A stretch of 64,000 bases of DNA from a virus: positions 7,618 through 71,617 of IMG/VR virus record IMGVR_UViG_3300045927_000329, one strand, 5' to 3'. This document shows, in pieces, positions 53,427-61,284 of the stretch (the first letter of the stretch is position 1; every line of letters begins with the position of its first letter). The notes under the pieces were generated by a model. It worked only from the letters and a program-made list of their open reading frames with translations, ran no database searches and was not told where the DNA came from. A program made the translations under genes and the position numbers.

Positions 53427-55832
53427 ATGCCGCCGCAGACCCTCCGTGACTACGTCCGCGAGCAGGCCGCGCGCTGGCGCGTCCCGGAGGACCTCGCCTT
53501 CGCCGTGATCGAGCAGGAGTCCGGTGGCACGCACCAGCCGGCCGGGGGCGACGTCACGACCTCGTCGCAGCGCGCCCGCGGGCTCTTCCAGCTGCTGCCC
53601 GAGACCGCCCGCGGCGAGTTCAATCTCAACGCCGACGACCCGCTGGAGAACGTGGAGGCGGGCATCCGCTACCTGCGTCAGGGGCTCGACCGCAACGCGG
53701 GCGACGTTGACCGCGCGCTCGCCTATTATCACGGCGGCCCGAACCTCCAGCAGCACGGGCCGAACACGCAGGCCTACACGCGGGCGGTCAAGGAGAAGTT
53801 CCTCGCGCGGCTGCAGCAGACGAAGGCGCCGGCAGCGCGCGCCCCACTTGCCGCCGCCGTCAATCCCGTCGGCGCGCCGCTGGCGGCGGCCCGCGGCAAC
53901 ATCGGGGTGCCACTGGTGCGTGCGGTCGAGCAGGGCGGGCCGCCGCCGCCGCCTGGCGTCTGGGATCGCATCAAGGCCTTCGGCGGCGAGCTGCAGTCGA
54001 TCGACCCACGGCCCGCCTACCGGATGGCGGTCGACGCCACCCAAGCCCTCATCGACGATCCGAAGGCCGCCTTCGGCAAGGTGCCCGAGATCGCCCAGGC
54101 GATCGCCGCCGGCATGATGGAGAGCAGCGGCCAGGAGTACCAGAAGATGGTCGAGCGCTATCAGCGTGGCGACTACTTCGGGGCGGCGCTCCAGGCGAAG
54201 AACTACCTTCTCTCCGGCATCGGCGTCGGCCAGCGTCTCCGCGCGGCCGAGGAGTACATGGGCCAGGGCGACTACACGCGCGGCCTCGGCGCGACCGCCG
54301 ACGTTGCTCTGATGGGCCTGCCGAGTCGCCTCGCCCAGGCGGGACAGGTGCGGGTCACGCCGAGACTGCGCACGCGGCTCCCGCCCGAGAAGGCCGCCGC
54401 GGTGGAGTTCGGGCTGCGCCACGACATCCCGGTCGATCTCGGCACGGCGACCGGCGGCCGGTGGGTCCGGCGCTTCGGCTCCGCCATGGAGAACACGCCC
54501 CTCGGAGCGCCGGTGCGCCTTGGCGCGGAGCTGCAGCGCGGACGGCGCATCCCGGAAGTCGGGCGCGAGCTGGCCGGGCGGCTCTATCCGCAGGGGGTGA
54601 CGGCCGAGGCGGCCGGGTCGGGCGTGCGCGAGTCGCTGGAAGACCTCATCACGCAGCGCCATCAGCGCGCCAACGTCAACTACGACCGTCTGCGTCGCAT
54701 CGAGGCGCTGCCCGCCAACACGCAGTCGATCCAGACCGGCACGCGGCAGGTGCCCATTCTGGGCGCGAACGGCCAGCCGCTCCTCGACGCCTTCGGCAAC
54801 CCGCTGCCACCGCGTATCGTGCCGATCATCGAGCAGATCCAGCTGCCCGTGGACCTTCGTGTCCCCAAGCAGCGGCTCCGTCCGATGTACGACCGCCTGC
54901 GCCGCCAGCTCGCCATCACGCAGCAGCAGGCCTCGCCGGGCCTCCGCGCGCTGGAGAACCTCATGGACGGCCCCGACTTCGCGCCCGCCACGCAGGTCGA
55001 CGCCGACCTGAGCGTTATCAAGTCGCTCGCTCGCGGTGCCGATCTCCCCGAGCTGCGCGACGTCAGCCAGGGGATTGCCGCACGCGGCGTCGAGGCGCTC
55101 AGTACCGCGGTCGACCAAGCGGTCGCTCGTGCCGGCCCCCGAGCTGTCCGCGCACTCGAACAGGGTCGGCGCGCGACGCGCCTCAAGTACGCCACCGCCG
55201 AGGTCCTCGATCTGCTGCGCGAGGAGCCGGTGGGCGCCTTCCAGCAGCTGACGCAGCGCGGCGACACGCGGATCAACTTCCTGCGTGACATCGCCGCACA
55301 GACCCCGCAGGACATGCCGCGCGTGGCGCGCGCGGTGCTTGACGAGCTGATGGACACGGGCACGCAGCGTGGCGGCTACGAGAGTGCGGCGACGATCGCC
55401 AACCGGTGGGAACGCCTCGGCCCGGAGACGCGCAACATCCTCTTCGGCCAGGGGCACAGTCAGGACCTCGACCAGTTCTTCCTGCTGACGCGGATGCTCG
55501 CCGAGCATCCCAACCCGAGCATGACCGCGTTTGGTCTCTACTCGACGCTCAGTGGCATGTGGCTGTGGGCGAATCCCGCGACCGGGGTGCCGGCCAACGT
55601 CCTGGCCGGCGGGATCGCGGCGCTTCTGAACTCGCGCGCCGGAGTCCGCCTGCTGACGCGCGGTCTGGTCATCCCGGGCGGCACCGCGGCGGCAGCGGCC
55701 TGGGGCGCCGAGGCAGCCAACCTGCTCGGGCGCGCGGTCGAAGAGGAGGGTGGCCCGCCCCCACCGCCGTCCGCCTCCGCCTCGTCGCCCTCCGAGGTCA
55801 CCCTCACGCTCCGCGGGGAGTCGAGTCGCTAG
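53427..55832 (+). CDS. Ejection protein with N-terminal lytic transglycosylase (SLT) domain
   Basis: AVIEQESGG, ARGLFQLLPETA, NVEAGIRYL, ALAYYHGG, TQAY. Confidence 0.85.
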   Translation: MPPQTLRDYVREQAARWRVPEDLAFAVIEQESGGTHQPAGGDVTTSSQRARGLFQLLPETARGEFNLNADDPLENVEAGIRYLRQGLDRNAGDVDRALAYYHGGPNLQQHGPNTQAYTRAVKEKFLARLQQTKAPAARAPLAAAVNPVGAPLAAARGNIGVPLVRAVEQGGPPPPPGVWDRIKAFGGELQSIDPRPAYRMAVDATQALIDDPKAAFGKVPEIAQAIAAGMMESSGQEYQKMVERYQRGDYFGAALQAKNYLLSGIGVGQRLRAAEEYMGQGDYTRGLGATADVALMGLPSRLAQAGQVRVTPRLRTRLPPEKAAAVEFGLRHDIPVDLGTATGGRWVRRFGSAMENTPLGAPVRLGAELQRGRRIPEVGRELAGRLYPQGVTAEAAGSGVRESLEDLITQRHQRANVNYDRLRRIEALPANTQSIQTGTRQVPILGANGQPLLDAFGNPLPPRIVPIIEQIQLPVDLRVPKQRLRPMYDRLRRQLAITQQQASPGLRALENLMDGPDFAPATQVDADLSVIKSLARGADLPELRDVSQGIAARGVEALSTAVDQAVARAGPRAVRALEQGRRATRLKYATAEVLDLLREEPVGAFQQLTQRGDTRINFLRDIAAQTPQDMPRVARAVLDELMDTGTQRGGYESAATIANRWERLGPETRNILFGQGHSQDLDQFFLLTRMLAEHPNPSMTAFGLYSTLSGMWLWANPATGVPANVLAGGIAALLNSRAGVRLLTRGLVIPGGTAAAAAWGAEAANLLGRAVEEEGGPPPPPSASASSPSEVTLTLRGESSR

Positions 55833-55834
55833 CC

Positions 55835-57151
55835 ATGGCCGATCCCGAGAAGCCGCCCTCGTTCCTCACCGTCCCGAACCGGCCGGCGCCCTACCGCCCG
55901 CCCTCGGCCTGGGAGCTGCTCTTCGGCAGCGCCGACCGACCACAGCCCCCCGTCGCTCCGCCGCTCGGCGCGCTCCGCCCGGCCGCCGAGAAGACGCGCG
56001 AGATCGTCACCGGGCCGGTCGCCGACTTCGCACGCGGCGCCGCGCCGGGCTTCGGCGCCAACTGGGACTACGAGCCGCCGAAGCCCCCCTACGCGCAGAA
56101 GCCGCCCGACACCATGGCCGCCATGCTCGGCGAGCTGTATGGGTCGCTGCCGCCCTTCAAGGCGTTCGGCCTCGGCGCGAAGGCGCTCGGCGCCGGCAGC
56201 AAGGTCCTCGGCGCGGCCGGGCCGGTGAGCAGTCTGATCGGCGGGCGCCCGCTCATTCACAAGACCTGGAACCTCTTCACGCACTTCAACCCGCTCGCGA
56301 CGCGATTCAACCTCGGTGCGGAGCACGCCAAGGGGATCTTTCCGCACGCGATCGGCATGGCGGGCAGCGAGGAGGCCTCGAACCTCTTCGAGCAGGCGCT
56401 GCGGACGCGGAACCCACAGCGGTATGCGGACCCGGCACGTCGCCTGGAGCTGGAGCTGGCGAACCAGAACACGCTCGATCTGGTCGACCCGGCCAACTTC
56501 ACCAAGCGTGACTTCGAGCAGCTATTCCCGCTGCTCTCCGGCGGGGATAGCGTCACCAACGAGTATCTGCTCGGCCGGTGGCCCGGTGCGACGCCGGAAG
56601 AGATGCAGGCCGCGAAGCCCGACGCGCTGACGACCCTGTGGCGGCAGGGCGACATTCCGCGGATCCAGCGCCGGCTCGCCAACCTGTTCGGGCATCAGTA
56701 CTGGGATGAGCCCTTCCAGGCCGGCTTCGACGTCCTGCGCTACCCCGACGCGATCCCACCAGGGCTGCCCAACGCCGGCCAGGCGATGCCGGGCGGCACG
56801 TTCTTCGTGCGCAATCCCGGGCTGATCTACGAGTACGGCACCGGCCGATCGATGGGGCGGGTCGAGGATGAAGTCCGGGCGATCAATCCGGCGTGGTGGC
56901 TGGGCGATCAGCATCTGCGCTTTGAGCAGACGCGCCCGAGTATCACGACCTCCGGGGAGCCCCACACGTATCCGTTCGCGTTCCCCCAGACTCCGATGCA
57001 CGACTGGCTGCGGGTGAGCGGAATGGATCCTCTGGCGGGCATGGTTGGGTACATGACCGATCGGGATGCGCGGGTCCAACGCTTCCTGCAGCGGGGGCTG
57101 GGGGGTGACGCGGCGAAGCTGGAGCCTCGTCCGCTGCCGTGGCAGCCGTGA
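55835..57151 (+). CDS. Putative internal virion protein, possibly degenerate ART-like domain
   Basis: Start re-called at ATG 55835; LIHKT...FTHFNP, GFDVLRYPD...FFVRNP. Confidence 0.6.
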   Translation: MADPEKPPSFLTVPNRPAPYRPPSAWELLFGSADRPQPPVAPPLGALRPAAEKTREIVTGPVADFARGAAPGFGANWDYEPPKPPYAQKPPDTMAAMLGELYGSLPPFKAFGLGAKALGAGSKVLGAAGPVSSLIGGRPLIHKTWNLFTHFNPLATRFNLGAEHAKGIFPHAIGMAGSEEASNLFEQALRTRNPQRYADPARRLELELANQNTLDLVDPANFTKRDFEQLFPLLSGGDSVTNEYLLGRWPGATPEEMQAAKPDALTTLWRQGDIPRIQRRLANLFGHQYWDEPFQAGFDVLRYPDAIPPGLPNAGQAMPGGTFFVRNPGLIYEYGTGRSMGRVEDEVRAINPAWWLGDQHLRFEQTRPSITTSGEPHTYPFAFPQTPMHDWLRVSGMDPLAGMVGYMTDRDARVQRFLQRGLGGDAAKLEPRPLPWQP

Positions 57152-57251
57152 GGCGCCGGAGGGTGGCTGGGCGCTGGACGAGGTTGGGGGGAGAGAGGAA
57201 CGGGGGGTAGTCGTTGTCGTCGTGGTCGTCCATCTCAGGAGTGTAGCGCAG

Positions 57252-58751
57252 ATGGCCAACGGTGAGGAGCAGAGCTGGCTCGACTGGCTCCGCGGGCAGG
57301 TGGCCCAGAGCGGGCAGGCGCTCGCCCAGCTCCCCGCCGATGCCTCGCGTCGTCTCGGCCCGCGTGCCCGCGAGGAGCTGGGCGCCCCGCCGCCGCCGCC
57401 GGGACCGGCCACCCTCCGCGCGCCGACTCTGCGCGAGCGCGTCTCCGATCGCCTGCGCGACGTCTACGAGCTGCTCGCCGGCCAGCCCGCCGGGCAGGTC
57501 AGCGATCTCCTCGGGTCCAACTTCGGCGGCGCCGCGCGCGAGTTCACCGAAGGCCCGCCCGCCGTCACCGAGGGCGCCATCTCGGCGCGCAACAAGCGCT
57601 TCGTCGAGTCGGGGCGGAGCTTCCTGGCTGGCCACCCCGGCCCGGTCAGCCGGGAGGTCCTCGCCGACATCCTCAGCACCGTCCCGGCGCGCGAGGCCCA
57701 CCGCATCACCAAGGACCTGCCGCACGTCCCCTCGCCGCTCGGCACCATCGACGAGATCCTCCGCCCGGCCCCGCCGCCCGGCATGGCGCGCACCTCATCC
57801 GGCTTCTACGTCCCCGGGCGCTACGTCCTGACCCCCGAGGCCGAGGCGCGCGTCACCGACCTCACCGCTCGCCTGGGCGGCGCGCTCCCGCGTACCGGCA
57901 CCTGGAGCGGCAGCCGCGACGAGGAGATGCTCAACGCCTTCGGCGGCCACACCGCCGCCTCGGATACCTTCGGCGACATCTTCGCGGCGCTCTCCACCGG
58001 CACCTCCGTCCCGAAGAACGCGCAGGAGGCCATCAAGGTCTGGTACGACGTCCTGGAGCACCCCGACCGCCCGTTCACCGATGCGCGGATGCACGAACTC
58101 GGTGTCGGCAACGTCCGCAGCAAGACCGACAACGTCAACCGGGCGCTCGGGCTCTACGACTACGTCCGCCTGAAGCGCGACCTGGGCGGCGGCGTCAATC
58201 TCCTCCACGACCTCTCCGGCCCGAAGGTCGAACTCTTCTCCGACTTCCAGGCCGGCCGCACAGCGCTGCCCGTCCCCGACCGCCACTACCTGCGCGGCAT
58301 CGGCTCGCAGTACGACATGCTCGACAAGCTCTTCCCCGAGCTGGGCGCCATGGTCGAGCGCTACGAGGGCATCCCCCCGCCCAAGCGCGGCGGCCAGCTG
58401 CAGCCGCGCGACTACGTGCGCCGGCTGAACGAACCGGTGGCCGACGCGCTGCGCCGCGCCGACCCCGCCATGGCGCAGCGGATGGGCCCGCTCTTCGGAA
58501 AGTTCTGGGACGCCAGCCGCGCCTACCAGGGCCAGATGTTCCAGGGCGGCCCGGTCGACATCTACCGCCCGCGCGGCCTGATGGAGCCGGGCGCCATGCT
58601 CGACCCGGCCGCGCTTCTCCGCGCCCTGGCCGACACGCGCAGCTGGACGGCGCACGCCCTGGGGGCGGCGCTGGCCACCGGGCTGGGCGCCGAGGCCCTC
58701 GGCGGGGCACCGCCCGCCCCACCGCCCCGCCTCCCGGAGGAGGGCTACTGA
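57252..58751 (+). CDS. Putative internal virion protein with HhH-GPD glycosylase-like motifs
   Basis: RBS AGGAG; FAALSTGTSVPKN, LSGPKVELF, PVPDRH. Confidence 0.6.
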   Translation: MANGEEQSWLDWLRGQVAQSGQALAQLPADASRRLGPRAREELGAPPPPPGPATLRAPTLRERVSDRLRDVYELLAGQPAGQVSDLLGSNFGGAAREFTEGPPAVTEGAISARNKRFVESGRSFLAGHPGPVSREVLADILSTVPAREAHRITKDLPHVPSPLGTIDEILRPAPPPGMARTSSGFYVPGRYVLTPEAEARVTDLTARLGGALPRTGTWSGSRDEEMLNAFGGHTAASDTFGDIFAALSTGTSVPKNAQEAIKVWYDVLEHPDRPFTDARMHELGVGNVRSKTDNVNRALGLYDYVRLKRDLGGGVNLLHDLSGPKVELFSDFQAGRTALPVPDRHYLRGIGSQYDMLDKLFPELGAMVERYEGIPPPKRGGQLQPRDYVRRLNEPVADALRRADPAMAQRMGPLFGKFWDASRAYQGQMFQGGPVDIYRPRGLMEPGAMLDPAALLRALADTRSWTAHALGAALATGLGAEALGGAPPAPPPRLPEEGY

Positions 58752-58889
58752 GAACCGGCTATGGAGGACGCCAGGCGGGCGCCTGCGTCGCGATCGGCGC
58801 CGCCCCCTGAGTGGGGGTCAGTTCGACGGCCTCGGCGCTCCTGGGGCCGCCCAGGCCGTCTCGGCCGTCTAGCAGAGGAGGTAGGTCTC

Positions 58890-59072
58890 ATGGGCCTCAT
58901 CACCCTGATCGTCGTCATCGTCGTCATCGGCCTCATCCTCTACCTGATCGAGGCCTACGTCCCGATGTCACCGCCGATCAAGACCGTCCTGCGGGTCGTG
59001 GTCGTGCTCGTGCTCATCCTCTACCTGGTCTCGATCTTCATCGGCGACATCCCGCTGCCGCGCCTCCGCTAG
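58890..59072 (+). CDS. Two-TM small membrane protein, possible holin
   Basis: RBS GAGGAGG; MGLITLIVVIVVIGLILYLIEAYVPMSPPIKTVLRVVVVLVLILYL. Confidence 0.65.
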   Translation: MGLITLIVVIVVIGLILYLIEAYVPMSPPIKTVLRVVVVLVLILYLVSIFIGDIPLPRLR

Positions 59073-59234
59073 CCAGCGCTCCAGCAGCGTGAGCAGCAGC
59101 GCGCGCATCGAGACGCCGTCCTTGCGCGCCTGCCGCCGCGCCCGCTCCCACAGCATCGGCGGGATGCTGTCGAGCAGGTAGCGGCGCGGCGTGCCACGCG
59201 CCGTGAACTTCATCGAGTAGGGGCGCTTCGCCAT
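58968..59234 (-). CDS. Ribbon-helix-helix (Arc-like) DNA-binding protein
   Basis: RYLLDSIPPMLWERARRQARKDGVSMRALLLTLLERWL. Confidence 0.75.
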   Translation of the reverse strand: MAKRPYSMKFTARGTPRRYLLDSIPPMLWERARRQARKDGVSMRALLLTLLERWLAEARQRDVADEDRDQVEDEHEHDHDPQDGLDRR

Positions 59235-59542
59235 CAGAGCACCTGCTCCTCGTCGGTGCCTTCGTGGCGCACCTGCGCCAGCACGACGTCGCCGACGATC
59301 CAGTCCTCGTCCGGCAGGCCGCGCTCCCGCAGCACGGCCTGGTGGATCACGGTCGCGCGCGTGTTCATCGGCTTGCCCTTCAGCTTCCCCTCCTCGTCGA
59401 TGAACAGGACGTGGCGCACGCCGCCCTCGACCTGCAGCGTGACCATCTCGATGTAGCCCCCGACCAGCGTCTGCAGCTGTTCGAGGGAGAGCGGGCCGGC
59501 GAGGGTCTCGACCCGGCCGTCGACGTAGAAGACGGTCGCCAT
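59234..59542 (-). CDS. DUF3846-like protein
   Basis: LEQLQTLVGGYIEMV...FIDEEGKLKGKPMNTRAT...IVGDVVL. Confidence 0.8.
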   Translation of the reverse strand: MATVFYVDGRVETLAGPLSLEQLQTLVGGYIEMVTLQVEGGVRHVLFIDEEGKLKGKPMNTRATVIHQAVLRERGLPDEDWIVGDVVLAQVRHEGTDEEQVL

Positions 59543-59754
59543 CAGCGCAGCACCAGCAGCAGCCCGAGCACGCCGAGCAGCTGCGCCACGGTCAGGCCCG
59601 CCATCCACATGATCAGCTCGGCCTTCAGGTTGGTGAGGTCCGTTTTGGTCGCCAGCTCCGACGTGTCGATCCGGGCGGCCTCTTCCGCTTCGGCCTCCTC
59701 GGCGCCGATCTTCAGCAGCAGGCGGTAGAGCGCCATGTTGATCGGCGCGGTCAT
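59542..59754 (-). CDS. DUF1640-like coiled-coil plus TM protein
   Basis: LATKTDL...LKAELIMWMAGL. Confidence 0.7.
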   Translation of the reverse strand: MTAPINMALYRLLLKIGAEEAEAEEAARIDTSELATKTDLTNLKAELIMWMAGLTVAQLLGVLGLLLVLR

Positions 59755-59858
59755 CGCAGCCCCCCGTTCCACAGCTGCACCGTCAGGTAGAGGAGCACCG
59801 CGACCACGAACAGCTGCAGCGCGATGCCCGGCCAGGACTGGGCGAAGGGCTGGCTCAC
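59751..59858 (-). CDS. Small membrane peptide (35 aa)
   Basis: GTGA/ATGA overlaps; one TM helix. Confidence 0.5.
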   Translation of the reverse strand: MSQPFAQSWPGIALQLFVVAVLLYLTVQLWNGGLR

Positions 59859-60040
59859 CGTCCACCTCCCCCGTTCTTGTCGAGCAGGCGGGTCACCTGC
59901 TCGGTCAGCTCCAGCAGCACAGCGGCCTGCCGCTGTTGCAGGCTCGTGATGTCGTGGAGCATCGTCCGAATCTCCGCGATCCCGCGATCGTGATCCAGCA
60001 ACCACTGCTCGTGTGCGTCGAAGCGCTCCTCGGGTGTCAT
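59855..60040 (-). CDS. Small coiled-coil protein (61 aa)
   Basis: MTPEERFDAHEQW...; ATGA overlap. Confidence 0.6.
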   Translation of the reverse strand: MTPEERFDAHEQWLLDHDRGIAEIRTMLHDITSLQQRQAAVLLELTEQVTRLLDKNGGGGR

Positions 60041-60444
60041 CGCAGCACCTTCTCGATGCGCAGGTCGTTCCCCTCCCGCGTCACCAGCACCCACTCGCAG
60101 TCGTCGGTGTGGCCGCGCTTCTGCGAGACGTGGAAGGCGCCGCCGCTGCGCTCGTCCACCGCGTGGCAGAAGGGGCAGACGTAGTGCGACCCGGCGGAGG
60201 CTCGCACCCACTCGACGCGCTCGACCATGTCGAGCAGGCGCGAGGCGAGGTCGACCAGCCGCGTCTTGCGGTCGGGCGGTGGCGGGTCGGGCGGCGCCTT
60301 CGGCGGCAGCGCGGGGGCCGCCTCCACGGCGTGGGTGTCATCCCGGCCCGGTGCGTGCTCGGCCCAGTCGGTGGTCCGCACCGCCTCCCGCGCGGCCTCC
60401 TTCCCCGGTCGCTTGGTCGCCGCCTTCCGTTTCACTGCGCTCAC
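60037..60444 (-). CDS. Hypothetical protein with CPFC...H...C motif
   Basis: GTG start with RBS GGAGG; GTGA overlap. Confidence 0.6.
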   Translation of the reverse strand: MSAVKRKAATKRPGKEAAREAVRTTDWAEHAPGRDDTHAVEAAPALPPKAPPDPPPPDRKTRLVDLASRLLDMVERVEWVRASAGSHYVCPFCHAVDERSGGAFHVSQKRGHTDDCEWVLVTREGNDLRIEKVLR

Positions 60445-60725
60445 TGCACACCTCCGTTCTTCTGCTCCTCGGCCCGCCTCCGGTTGATCGCTTCGAGCGT
60501 ATCGCCGACCAGGTCGGCCATGTCCTCGGCCAGCTGGCGCAGCGTCTTCCGCAGCACCGGGTCTCTCAGCGCCTCGGTCATGTGCTGCTCCCCGGCGCAC
60601 AGCATCGCGGCGGTGAGGCCGCAGGTGAGGCGGATCTGGTAGGTCAGCTTCGGGTCCGGCTTCAGCAGCCGGCGCGGCTTGACGAGAGGGGCGCTCAGCG
60701 CGCCCCCCTGTTTCCTCGCCATCAC
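60441..60725 (-). CDS. Hypothetical protein (94 aa)
   Basis: Coupled ORF. Confidence 0.55.
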   Translation of the reverse strand: MMARKQGGALSAPLVKPRRLLKPDPKLTYQIRLTCGLTAAMLCAGEQHMTEALRDPVLRKTLRQLAEDMADLVGDTLEAINRRRAEEQKNGGVQ

Positions 60726-61153
60726 CGGGCCTCAGCCTTCTTCGCCCGCCGCCGCGCCGCGTGCGCCTTCCGCAGCGCCTCCGGGTTCCCGAGCGTCTCG
60801 CCGCGCGCGCGCCGCGTCGCCATCGCCCGCTGCGCCCCTCGCCGCCGGTTCACCGTCGTCGCCCGGTCGTGCTGCCGCGCGATCACCGCCACCACCTCGG
60901 GCGGCAGCACTTCCCGCAGCGGCTCGCCCGCCGACATCTTCTGCAGGAAGACGGTCTCGGCGCCGCCCTCCTCGCGGAAGGTGTCGATGATCCAGGTCTC
61001 GCTTCGACCGTAGAAGTCGATGCGGTCGACCTTGCTGCTGGCGCGCACGGCGCCAGGATTGTCGCGCAGCTTGCGCAGCTCGACGCTGAAGGAATCGGTG
61101 GGCAGGACGCCCGAGGGGGTCGTGCCCTGGTGGGTCTCGTCACGGGTGGACAT
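60722..61153 (-). CDS. Hypothetical protein (143 aa)
   Basis: RBS GAGGAG; first gene after the promoter at 61218-61247. Confidence 0.65.
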   Translation of the reverse strand: MSTRDETHQGTTPSGVLPTDSFSVELRKLRDNPGAVRASSKVDRIDFYGRSETWIIDTFREEGGAETVFLQKMSAGEPLREVLPPEVVAVIARQHDRATTVNRRRGAQRAMATRRARGETLGNPEALRKAHAARRRAKKAEAR

Positions 61154-61208
61154 CGCGTGGCTCCTCTCCGGTGGTCAGGCCGGATGTTCGTGCGCCCTAG
61201 TGCTCACG

Positions 61209-61247
61209 AACCATATGATGGTAGCACACAATCATATGATTCGTCAA
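61209..61247 (-). promoter_or_regulatory. Sigma70 promoter with two palindromic operators
   Basis: TTGACG-N18-TACCAT with TG extension; AATCATATGATT at 61230-61241 and AACCATATGATG at 61209-61220. Confidence 0.75.
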
Positions 61248-61284
61248 GCCCCCTCGAATGTCGAGGAATTTCGCGCCGTCTGGA

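Noticed and set aside
17893-55508. Long antisense or alternate-frame ORFs (for example 17893-20058, 19146-21485, 23810-25846, 42020-44815, 52899-55508)
   Set aside because: Shadow ORFs of high-GC3 genes, with Arg/Gly/Ala-rich motif-free translations.
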